Shown here one piece after another: positions 9,352 to 18,158 of a stretch of DNA of 64,000 nt (its first letter is position 1; each line of letters starts with the position of its first letter). Source of the stretch: a virus; the IMG/VR virus record IMGVR_UViG_3300032323_001720, positions 5,902 to 69,901 of that record, one strand, 5' to 3'. The notes under the pieces were generated by a model, which did no database searches, was not told where the DNA came from, and saw nothing but the letters and a program-made list of their open reading frames with translations. Both the position numbers and the translations under genes were made by a program.

Positions 9352-10987
9352 TCCAGTAGCGCAAACATTTATCATAGATGGTCAAAATTTTCCATCTGGA
9401 GCTTTCTTAAGTTCCGTAAATTTGTTTTTTAGAACAAAGCCAGCGACCAGTATACCGGTTCGTGTTTGCATTTTACCAACTATTAATGGTTATCCAACTG
9501 GCCAGCCTTTGGAATATTCTATCGTTAGTGTGCCAGCCACTTCTGTTAATGTATCTGAAACACCACACTATTTAAATGCGGCCACATATACAAATTTTGC
9601 TTTTTCTTCACCGGTTTATATTAACCCAGATCAGTTATATGCAATAGTTGTACAATCATCTTCTGATGAATATACATTATGGTGTTCACAACAAGGTGAT
9701 AGTGCATTGTTGTCAACATCAAAAGCTCTTCCAACAGACCCAAATCCATCTACACCAACAAAGATTGTTACCACACCATATGTTGGTGACTTGTTTGAAT
9801 CACAGAATGGATTGACTTGGACAGCCGATCTATTAAAAGACTTGATGTTTACAATCAATAGATGTAAGTTTAGTACCAATACATCACCATCAATGTCATT
9901 TGTTGTGCCGGCAGGATTACCAGAAAGAAGAAGAATTGAATCGGATACAGCTCTTGCAACAGCCAATTCTATATACGATGCACTTAACCTATCCACAACA
10001 GACCTAACACCACCAGGAACATCACTTACATATCAGTACACCACAACACTGGCATCTGGTACCGCGGATGGTCCTTACAGTGTGAATCCAGGAAAATACG
10101 GAACACCAAATTCTGAAGATGTTGGTTTAAATGACAACAAAGGTTCAAGAGTATTGAATTATACCGCAAACGATTCGTTCAAATTACAGGTTACTTTATC
10201 TACAGACAATGATGCGGTAAGCCCAGTTATTTCAGAAGACGGATTGAGCCTATGGACAACTCGTTATAGAATCAATAACATGGGTATTTCGAACAGTGAT
10301 ATTTTCTTGATTTCTGGTGGTCGTGGTTACTTGGCCAATGCAAACGGAACAATTTCATATCCACAAATTTCTGTTTCTGCACCGGATTTGGCTGGTGGTG
10401 AACAAGCTTATGTTTCTGCCAACATTTATTTGGGAAATATTGTCAGTGTATATGTCACATCAGAAGGTTCTGGATATTTGACAACACCAACAATTGCCAT
10501 TCCGAATACATCGATTATTGCAGCTAACGTAATTGTTGCGGGTGAAACATCACCTACAGGCGGCAACGGCAGAGCCAGATACATTACACAAACAGTTACA
10601 CTGGCTGAGGGTAGTGATTCTGGTGACCTGAGAGTTTATACAACCGCATACAGACCAACAAATTCTGATATTCATGTATACTACAAGATTGTAGCTAGAG
10701 ATGATACACAGAAAATTGAAGATGGTGATTGGAAACTAATGACAATCACAAGTGGTGCCGGAAGATACTCGACAAGTTTCTCCGATATCGTTGAATATGA
10801 ATTCTCACCAGGCACTTTAAATGTTGCAGATGAATTTGTAAGTTATACTAGCAAAGCAAATGGTCTTTCTTACACATCATTCTACCAGTTTATGATTAAA
10901 GTTGTTATGTCATCTTCGGATTCTACATTCTCACCATTCTTGGAAGACATAAGAGCAATTGCTCTACCACCAGGAACAGGACTATAA
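9332..10987 (+). CDS. Virion structural protein, C-terminal part of a DUF4815/VrlC-like protein
   Basis: Starts DPVAQTF..GAFLSSVNLFF, has LFESQNG.TW..DL.F and ends F.IK.VM...DIRAIAL, the usual C-terminal half of this family. Confidence 0.75.
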   Translation: MSSSTIDPVAQTFIIDGQNFPSGAFLSSVNLFFRTKPATSIPVRVCILPTINGYPTGQPLEYSIVSVPATSVNVSETPHYLNAATYTNFAFSSPVYINPDQLYAIVVQSSSDEYTLWCSQQGDSALLSTSKALPTDPNPSTPTKIVTTPYVGDLFESQNGLTWTADLLKDLMFTINRCKFSTNTSPSMSFVVPAGLPERRRIESDTALATANSIYDALNLSTTDLTPPGTSLTYQYTTTLASGTADGPYSVNPGKYGTPNSEDVGLNDNKGSRVLNYTANDSFKLQVTLSTDNDAVSPVISEDGLSLWTTRYRINNMGISNSDIFLISGGRGYLANANGTISYPQISVSAPDLAGGEQAYVSANIYLGNIVSVYVTSEGSGYLTTPTIAIPNTSIIAANVIVAGETSPTGGNGRARYITQTVTLAEGSDSGDLRVYTTAYRPTNSDIHVYYKIVARDDTQKIEDGDWKLMTITSGAGRYSTSFSDIVEYEFSPGTLNVADEFVSYTSKANGLSYTSFYQFMIKVVMSSSDSTFSPFLEDIRAIALPPGTGL

Positions 10988-10988
10988 G

Positions 10989-11216
10989 ATGTTAGTCAAA
11001 ATAGAGGGCACAAATCTGTATCGTGATACAGAAACTATGGCTTTAATTAACAGAGACACCAAAGAAAAAAATGATTACATAATGAAGTCTCGTTTAATTA
11101 AGAACCAAAAAGATCAAATAAATACCGTAAAAGAAGAAATAGAAGTCATCAAAGGTGAAATGTCAGAAATTAAACAGTTGATGATAAAACTACTCGAAAA
11201 AGGTTCAAATGGCTAA
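10989..11216 (+). CDS. Small conserved coiled-coil hypothetical protein
   Basis: MLVKIEG..LYRD..T.A.IN then heptad helix; typical small gene after the DUF4815 protein. The ATG at 10989 is preferred over the upstream TTG. Confidence 0.6.
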   Translation: MLVKIEGTNLYRDTETMALINRDTKEKNDYIMKSRLIKNQKDQINTVKEEIEVIKGEMSEIKQLMIKLLEKGSNG

Positions 11217-14200
11217 TACAGTTACATCGTTAAGTTACGCAAACACATTTGGTGAGTGGGTTGTTGCGACTAATAATCTTATTAGAGAGAATAATGATCT
11301 TGCTGCAAATGATTATATCAAGAGCACAGGTACAGTTTATCTTAATGAAACGACACAAAACTCACTCCAGGCGAACGGAACTGTAATTGTACAGAAACAG
11401 TTACTTGTACAAGGTACCGGTTCATCTGCAACAGTACAAAATAATTTAAACGTTGGTAGTCAACTATATCTAACAAATGGTACACTAAGTTTAGTTGCTT
11501 CGGGTCAAGCAAACGTTGCTGGTCAAATTAACGGGCAGGCTTCTGGTATTGGCCTGTTTATTGCAAACAATGCACACATTGGTGGTACCACAGTATCTGC
11601 AATAAGACTCACAACAGGAGTATTGCAGGCAAACTCTTCCGTTAATACATCAAACGCTTCGATTGTAAACACGTTATATACCAAAGATTTACAGGCCAAC
11701 TCAACAATCGTTACGCCAACAATTTCTGTAACGGGTACAACGTTTACTAATGCATTACAAGCTAATGCATTTATGAGCGCACCAACAGCTTCGGTAATTA
11801 ATACTACATTTACCAATCTGTTGCAAGCCAACACTTCTACAAATACAGCGACAGCTTCTGTAACAGGAACAACTTTTACTGATGTATTACAGGCCAATAC
11901 GTCCTCAAATACTGCAACGGCTTCTGTTACTGGTACCACATTTACGAATGTATTACAGGCTAACACTTCTACAAATACAGCGACAGCTTCTGTCACTGGC
12001 ACCACATTCACAAATGTATTGCAAGCCAATACATCTACGAACACAAGATTTTCTTCTGTAACTGGTACAACATTTACTGGTACTTTACAAGCAAATACTT
12101 CTGCATTGGTTGGTACACTACAAGCCAACACATCAGTTAGTGCAGTCTCAATTTCTGCATCAGGAACAACGTTTACTAGTTCTTTACAAGCTAACAATGT
12201 TGCTACCGTAAATTCGCTGGTGGCCAATACAAATGTGGGTGCAGCAACAGTTTCTGCTACCGGTTCAACAACCACAAACATACTGCAAGCCAACACTTCT
12301 GTAAATACGGCGACAGCATCTATTACAGGTACAACATTTACGGATATTTTACAGGCGAATACGACTGCCATTGTAAATTCATTAAGAGCCAATAACGCAG
12401 TAAATACAAACTCGTTACTTGCAAATACTATTACTGTCAATAATATAATTAATGGTAATGCGGCCGCCGGTTATTTTAATAGTTTATCTGTTCAAGGTGG
12501 AGGATTAACAGTTGGTGGCAACTTTGTTATAACTGGTACAACTGTATACACTTCGAATACGTTTATTATTTCTTCAAACGTTTCATCTGCAATTTCCAGT
12601 TATTTTAATGTTGACAGAGGATCTACTGGTGTTGATGCTGCATTCCGTTGGAATGAACCAGCCAAATATTGGGACATGTTGAATGTCACATCAAACACAT
12701 ATTTCCGTGTTCTCACAGATGAATATTTGAATGACACACTAACGTCTACCAGTACAACATCTGTTGCAACTGCAAACGCACTTAACGCATTAAATACACT
12801 TTATAATGCATCAAATACATTCTTGCAAGCTGGTGTTGTTTCTGCTGGTTTGTATGCAAACGGAGCATTCCTAAGAGCTAATGCTGCATACAATTCTCAA
12901 AATACAACTGGCACATACGCAAATAATGCATATGCACAGGCAAATACTGCAACTAATAACGCAGCTGGTGCGTCACTGTATGCTAATGGTGCTTTCATAC
13001 AAGCCAATGCTGCATTCTTGGTGGCAAATACACCAACACATGTAGCCAATTCGGCAGCGTTGTATGCTAATGGTGCATTTGTGCAAGCTAATGCTGGATA
13101 TACACAGGCTAATACTGCAACCAACAATGCAGCGGGTGCTTCATTATACGCCAATGGTGCTTTTAGACAGGCTAATGCTGGTTATACTCAAGCAAATACT
13201 GCAACCAACAATGCGGCTGGTGCTTCTCTATATGCCAATGGTGCTTTCACACAAGCTAATGCTGGATATACTCAAGCCAATACTGCCACAACAAATGCAG
13301 CAACAGCAGACTCTAAAGCTGTTACGGCTGGCTCTTATGCAAACTCGGCGTATGGTCAGGCTAATACCGCCACAACAAATGCATCTGTTGCAACCAACAA
13401 TGCGGCTGGTGCTTCTCTATATGCCAATGGTGCTTTCATACAAGCAAACGCAGCATTCTTAAGAGCCAATACGCCAGATGCAATCGCAAACTCGGCCGCA
13501 TTATATGCCAACGGTGCGTTTGTTCAAGCTAACGCAGCTTTCACGACAGCTAATAGCGCATTGAATGCAAGTAATCTTTCTAGTGGTACTGTTCCTCTTG
13601 CTAGACTGAGTGGTATCACAACGACACAATTGAGTGCTAGTGCTGGTATTACGAATACACAGTTGTCGGCCAGCACAATCTCTGGTGTCTCCTTGGGTGG
13701 AACTTTAGCTTCACACACAGCAGGAACATACTTGGTCGGTGATGCTTACAATGGCAGCACATCAAGAACGTGGTCTGTTGATGCCACCACAACAAACACC
13801 ATAAACAAAATTGCTGCGAGAGATGGTAGTGGTGATATTTACGCAACAGTATTCAGAGGGCTTGCAACCAGTGCCAACTACGCTGACTTGGCAGAAAAGT
13901 ATTTGGCTGATCAAGAATATGAAGTTGGAACAGTTGTTGCTGTTGGTGGTGAAGCAGAAGTTACTGCCGGTTCATATGGTGATAGAGCAATCGGAGTAGT
14001 ATCCGCTCATCCTGCTTATATGATGAACAGTGAACTGGAAGGCGGAACTTACATTGCACTTAAAGGTAGGGTTCCAGTGAAAGTATCTGGCACTGTGCGT
14101 AAAGGACAACGTTTGGTTGCATACAACAATGGTGCGGCTGTTGCAGCAGTACCTCATGCAAATGACGTTTTTGCAATTGCACTAGAATCCAGTGATGATA

Positions 14201-14235
14201 CTGGAGTAAAACTAATTGAAGCTGTGATTTTATAA
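11209..14235 (+). CDS. Tail fibre/spike with repeats and C-terminal intramolecular chaperone (peptidase G2/IMC-like) domain
   Basis: 22-aa Thr-rich repeats, ANNAAGASLYANGAF repeats, C-terminal YADLAEKY...IGVVS..PAY.MN...ALKGRVPVKV motif. Confidence 0.7.
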   Translation: MANTVTSLSYANTFGEWVVATNNLIRENNDLAANDYIKSTGTVYLNETTQNSLQANGTVIVQKQLLVQGTGSSATVQNNLNVGSQLYLTNGTLSLVASGQANVAGQINGQASGIGLFIANNAHIGGTTVSAIRLTTGVLQANSSVNTSNASIVNTLYTKDLQANSTIVTPTISVTGTTFTNALQANAFMSAPTASVINTTFTNLLQANTSTNTATASVTGTTFTDVLQANTSSNTATASVTGTTFTNVLQANTSTNTATASVTGTTFTNVLQANTSTNTRFSSVTGTTFTGTLQANTSALVGTLQANTSVSAVSISASGTTFTSSLQANNVATVNSLVANTNVGAATVSATGSTTTNILQANTSVNTATASITGTTFTDILQANTTAIVNSLRANNAVNTNSLLANTITVNNIINGNAAAGYFNSLSVQGGGLTVGGNFVITGTTVYTSNTFIISSNVSSAISSYFNVDRGSTGVDAAFRWNEPAKYWDMLNVTSNTYFRVLTDEYLNDTLTSTSTTSVATANALNALNTLYNASNTFLQAGVVSAGLYANGAFLRANAAYNSQNTTGTYANNAYAQANTATNNAAGASLYANGAFIQANAAFLVANTPTHVANSAALYANGAFVQANAGYTQANTATNNAAGASLYANGAFRQANAGYTQANTATNNAAGASLYANGAFTQANAGYTQANTATTNAATADSKAVTAGSYANSAYGQANTATTNASVATNNAAGASLYANGAFIQANAAFLRANTPDAIANSAALYANGAFVQANAAFTTANSALNASNLSSGTVPLARLSGITTTQLSASAGITNTQLSASTISGVSLGGTLASHTAGTYLVGDAYNGSTSRTWSVDATTTNTINKIAARDGSGDIYATVFRGLATSANYADLAEKYLADQEYEVGTVVAVGGEAEVTAGSYGDRAIGVVSAHPAYMMNSELEGGTYIALKGRVPVKVSGTVRKGQRLVAYNNGAAVAAVPHANDVFAIALESSDDTGVKLIEAVIL

Positions 14236-14237
14236 AT

Positions 14238-14312
14238 TTCGAAATCCTGGGATCCGGCCCGAAAAAAATCTCGGCGCTTCCCAGGTTCCGAAAAGTCATT
14301 TTTACTTTTTAC
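14238..14312 (+). terminator. GC-rich hairpin followed by T-rich tract (possible terminator / structured RNA)
   Basis: CCTGGGA 14246-14252 pairs with TCCCAGG 14279-14285; inner CCGA/TCGG stem; followed by TTTTTACTTTTTACTT. Confidence 0.45.
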
Positions 14313-14317
14313 TTGTT

Positions 14318-14842
14318 ATGATGACACTAGATGAGTTTGAAAACTTCCTGTACACAGATTTGGTATACGAACAGAAAATAATATCTGTTATCGATGACCA
14401 ATCTAGACAAATATTAATTGATGGTATACATCAGTTACACCAATACCCAAACTGTACCATAAAACTGGAACAGATGGAAAAATACAATGAAAGTATTTTC
14501 CAAAAGTGTCAAGAGTTGAAGGCAAAATATTCACATCCAGGTCCAATGACTTGTCACGCATTCCTTGCATTCAAAGGTTCTAAAAGTTTTGGTTTGCATA
14601 CTGATCCAGACAATGTTATAATAGAATGTATTTTTGGTTCAAAGACATTATACGTTGATACCAAAAATGATAGAAAACATGTGCTCAAACAAGGCGAATA
14701 TATATTCATACCAGCCAACACAGAACACGAAATCGTTAATGAAGAGAAGTCATTGATATTGAGTTTTGGATTTGAAAAATTTTACGTTGAAAAGATAAAT
14801 TATGGACTTAATGTTCTATTTGAAAACGACAGAAACTTGTAA
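14318..14842 (+). CDS. JmjC/cupin-like Fe(II) oxygenase
   Basis: SFGLHTD (HxD), GSKT and L..GEYIFIP....H, the cupin-4/JmjC layout. Confidence 0.7.
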   Translation: MMTLDEFENFLYTDLVYEQKIISVIDDQSRQILIDGIHQLHQYPNCTIKLEQMEKYNESIFQKCQELKAKYSHPGPMTCHAFLAFKGSKSFGLHTDPDNVIIECIFGSKTLYVDTKNDRKHVLKQGEYIFIPANTEHEIVNEEKSLILSFGFEKFYVEKINYGLNVLFENDRNL

Positions 14843-15857
14843 CTTAAATTGTTTACATTGTTTCACTAGTGGTTCCAAAGGTGCAAAGATATATTGGAAT
14901 CATGTCAAAGTCGCTGATTGGTTACGTAAAATGTCTGTGGAAACTCAATATGCACCACATGTTCATTTTGAATTTCATGGTGGCGAACCATTTCTTGCAG
15001 ACATTTCTTCACTACAATACGTTTACGACAACTGCCAGAACTTGTGGAAAAGCCAAAGTTGGGGTATCACAACCAATCTGGCTTTCAAACTAGACCAAGA
15101 AAAAATAGACTTCATTATGGGTCCATTGGGTGGCAGAGTCGGTACCAGTTGGGATCCAGATATTCGTTTTGCAAATCCCAAACAGTATGATCTTTGGAGA
15201 AAGAATGTGCAAACACTGATTGATATGGGTGTCGTTGTGAAACTGTTTATCAGCGTAACTAAAGGCACGATTGCAATTGAACCTATCGAACTGCTTGAGT
15301 GGGTAAAGTCACTCGGTGTCAAAGAACTGGCACTGGAACGACTGACTATGAATGGTAGTGCTAAGCAGAACTTACAAATCTTTCCTTCCAATATCGAACA
15401 GGACCAGTGGTTTCTGAAGATGCACCATCAGAGTGAAGAACATGATGCGAGAAGTTGGTTTGATAATGAATTTCTGGAAACGGTGTATAATAAATTCGAA
15501 ACGGGTTTCACCGCAGGCGGAACGTTTTGTAGAGATTGTGAAGAGAAATTATTCACCGTAAATGCAGACGGTACCGTATCTGGTTGTCCCAATTCTGCGC
15601 CAGAATTTCAGTTTGGCACTATAAATGATGATATAAAAAGCCTTATAAATAGTCCAATCAGAACAGAAAACATTGCTTGTGAAAGGTCTAGGGATCCTAG
15701 ATGTTATTCGTGTGATGTATTTGAATATTGTGGTGGAGATTGTCATCAACTTGAATGGGAAAATGATGTGTGTGGTGCACCAAAAAGCTTGATGAGATTC
15801 TTAAAAAGTAATCAAAAAAGAAAAGTATGGATATTAAAAGATGGCAACATTAACTAA
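14802..15857 (+). CDS. Radical SAM protein with SPASM-like domain (rSAM-1)
   Basis: CNLNCLHC, FHGGEP and C-terminal CRDC..GC...CYSC.....CGGDC...C. Confidence 0.9.
   Translation: MDLMFYLKTTETCNLNCLHCFTSGSKGAKIYWNHVKVADWLRKMSVETQYAPHVHFEFHGGEPFLADISSLQYVYDNCQNLWKSQSWGITTNLAFKLDQEKIDFIMGPLGGRVGTSWDPDIRFANPKQYDLWRKNVQTLIDMGVVVKLFISVTKGTIAIEPIELLEWVKSLGVKELALERLTMNGSAKQNLQIFPSNIEQDQWFLKMHHQSEEHDARSWFDNEFLETVYNKFETGFTAGGTFCRDCEEKLFTVNADGTVSGCPNSAPEFQFGTINDDIKSLINSPIRTENIACERSRDPRCYSCDVFEYCGGDCHQLEWENDVCGAPKSLMRFLKSNQKRKVWILKDGNIN
15644..15651 (+). promoter_or_regulatory. Perfect T4 late promoter consensus TATAAATA inside rSAM-1, upstream of the putative substrate gene
   Basis: Exact match about 190 nt upstream of the ATG at 15841; a chance match is possible in AT-rich DNA. 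Confidence 0.4.
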
Positions 15858-16407
15858 CCCTATAAGAACACAAAACATCGTTGATAGATTTGCGGATTAC
15901 GTAACTGCAACATCAGCTACGAGTATCGTATGGGGCACAAATGCGAAACCATTTGCTGAAATGCCCGATTCAACTTTCGGTGGTACAACCAGTGGAAGAG
16001 CAATAGGTATAAATGGAGGAAGTATAGGTTCAGGTGTAATAACCGCAGCAAATATTTACAATACTCTCGTTAATGAAACTGCAGCATATACATCAATAAG
16101 AAATTTAAGAGCAATTTTGTTTGTTGATGGCGGCGGTGGAAATACAGGATCCAGAACAACTCCAGGTATCATTTATGACCAAACAGCTGTTGCATATTTA
16201 AATACCAGTTATTTACAAAGTGTTGGAACTCCATCTAATGCTGGAGTTGCTTCAGGAAATGTTGCGTCAGCAGGAAATTTGGAATCATTTTTCAATAATT
16301 TAAGAACTTCCTATAATACCGCAAGATCAAGTACCGCAACAGTTCAAGTTAATGTTTGTCATGCTTCGTGTCATAGTTCATGCCACGGTTCACGTTCTAG
16401 GAGATAA
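15841..16407 (+). CDS. Putative radical SAM substrate / RiPP-like precursor protein with C-terminal (CHxS)3-RSRR motif
   Basis: Thr/Ser/Gly/Ala/Asn-rich body; all 3 Cys and all 3 His fall in the terminal CHASCHSSCHGSRSRR; overlaps the rSAM-1 stop. Confidence 0.65.
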   Translation: MATLTNPIRTQNIVDRFADYVTATSATSIVWGTNAKPFAEMPDSTFGGTTSGRAIGINGGSIGSGVITAANIYNTLVNETAAYTSIRNLRAILFVDGGGGNTGSRTTPGIIYDQTAVAYLNTSYLQSVGTPSNAGVASGNVASAGNLESFFNNLRTSYNTARSSTATVQVNVCHASCHSSCHGSRSRR

Positions 16408-16409
16408 TA

Positions 16410-17126
16410 ATGAATATCGTTGAAACAACTGCACCAATATCTATTGATAATTTAAAAAAATATTTTGCTGACAAAACAACTTTTTTTGTTATCAATTATA
16501 AAGAAAGTACATTAAAAGGTACAAAATTGTTGACGTATATATCAAACTTGGATATACCGTGCGATATCTCTTTTAAAGACTGTTCAAATGAAGAATGTTT
16601 TGACATGATTAAAGATTATTTGAATACATCCATGATTGTTAATGTATCTTCTTTGGAAAATTCTGTTATTGCAATTCTTCATCAAGCAAAGGAGTTAGCT
16701 CCATTAGTGGATAAAGAATTTATTGAAAGCAACAAAGAAATTATAGATAAATGGGTATCAAAATTGGAAAGTTTGACTCTTTATAATATGCATATCATTA
16801 AAGAGGATGCATTCAAAGAGTTTGTTGATAGTTTTCCAGTTGATGAAACAAAAGAAATGACTGGTGTCAATTTCATAAGTCTCTTGAAACATCACAATTT
16901 TTATTCATTCTTTCAGAACACAAATCAAAATAATTTAAAATTTTATTCACACTATTTTAATGAATATGTTTTTAAAGGTAAGAATTTATTCTCTTACTGG
17001 GCTAATGAAAACAATCCTTTATTTTTACTGACGTACAGTATCGCTGAAGGACTGTTTAAAGAAAATGAATACGTTGAAATGAAAAATAAAACTATTCAGG
17101 AGTTTAAAGATGTTTCATCTGTTTAA
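16410..17126 (+). CDS. Hypothetical protein of the radical SAM island
   Basis: 238-aa ORF tightly coupled to its neighbours; no recognisable motif. Confidence 0.7.
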   Translation: MNIVETTAPISIDNLKKYFADKTTFFVINYKESTLKGTKLLTYISNLDIPCDISFKDCSNEECFDMIKDYLNTSMIVNVSSLENSVIAILHQAKELAPLVDKEFIESNKEIIDKWVSKLESLTLYNMHIIKEDAFKEFVDSFPVDETKEMTGVNFISLLKHHNFYSFFQNTNQNNLKFYSHYFNEYVFKGKNLFSYWANENNPLFLLTYSIAEGLFKENEYVEMKNKTIQEFKDVSSV

Positions 17127-18147
17127 TAAAGTTTATGTCGTTTCAGATAGTTTGATTGACATAAACTATGATAGAGTAGTACTATCAAAGAGATATGGAA
17201 TCAAAATGTATGAACAACTCGACAACGTTTCACAGGGTGAGTTGTTAATGTATGCAGATGGTTTCGCAAGTCTCGGAAAGTCTTTCGATGTTTTCATAAA
17301 AGAACTGAACGATCATATTACAAAAACAAACAAAAGAATTGCTGTTTATGTTGATGACAATTCTTTCATGGAATTGATTAGTAATTGGTTGTTCAGAATG
17401 TTTAAAAACATGGACGCAAACACCGCATGGTTTGTTGTTGATTTATATCTAAAGAAATCAAAGAAACACCAATCTTGGAGAAGCAATCATTCTTCTTTAC
17501 AGGTGGAAATATACAAAGATGTTAATGAAACCGATTTCAAGAAGATTTTCAATGGTCTTGCAGTTGATAAAATTGACACAGTATATTCCACAATTAAAGA
17601 ACAGATAAGCGTGGAATTTTTAATTGCATCATACAAACATGACGGTTCAAATCTAACACCATTGATTTCTTCTTTGGAAAAATTGTTAACAAGATCATTT
17701 CAGGAAATTTTGTTGGAAATAAAACACACTGTATATAAAAATCAACACAAATCCAACTTCAACATTTCATTTGACGAAACTTTTTTTAGTAATTCAACTC
17801 TTTATAAATCAGAATTTCTCGGAAAAGTTGGCAGTGCAAGTAACGTTGATATCACAAATTCATCCGCAGATGATGTTAAGAAGTTTAAAGACATAGCCAA
17901 ACAAGTCTATATTAATTGGGATAAATTCTCCGAGAATTCTCCTATCTTCAATAAACTAGACTGGTTCGATCTGCTTCGTGGTGGTTTAACGAAGGAAGAA
18001 GTTGATAAAATTTTACAAATGGAAAAAGAAGATACTTCCAATATCAGAATGTATTCATCTCACGATGAAGAATTAATCAATATTTACTTACTAGATCATA
18101 TACTAAATCAAAATTCGGAGCAATTGAAATCATATCAACTTAGATAA
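17110..18147 (+). CDS. Hypothetical protein of the radical SAM island
   Basis: 345-aa ORF with AGGAG RBS, overlapping the upstream gene; no recognisable motif. Confidence 0.7.
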   Translation: MFHLFNKVYVVSDSLIDINYDRVVLSKRYGIKMYEQLDNVSQGELLMYADGFASLGKSFDVFIKELNDHITKTNKRIAVYVDDNSFMELISNWLFRMFKNMDANTAWFVVDLYLKKSKKHQSWRSNHSSLQVEIYKDVNETDFKKIFNGLAVDKIDTVYSTIKEQISVEFLIASYKHDGSNLTPLISSLEKLLTRSFQEILLEIKHTVYKNQHKSNFNISFDETFFSNSTLYKSEFLGKVGSASNVDITNSSADDVKKFKDIAKQVYINWDKFSENSPIFNKLDWFDLLRGGLTKEEVDKILQMEKEDTSNIRMYSSHDEELINIYLLDHILNQNSEQLKSYQLR

Positions 18148-18158
18148 ATCAATGAATT

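Noticed and set aside
11523-12440. 305-aa minus-strand ORF and many other antisense ORFs in the track
   Set aside because: They are shadows of repetitive or biased + strand genes, with no motifs or RBS; the whole region is + strand coded.
12840-13560. CRISPR-like periodic repeats
   Set aside because: The repeats are in-frame coding repeats with synonymous variation and no unique spacers; no cas genes.
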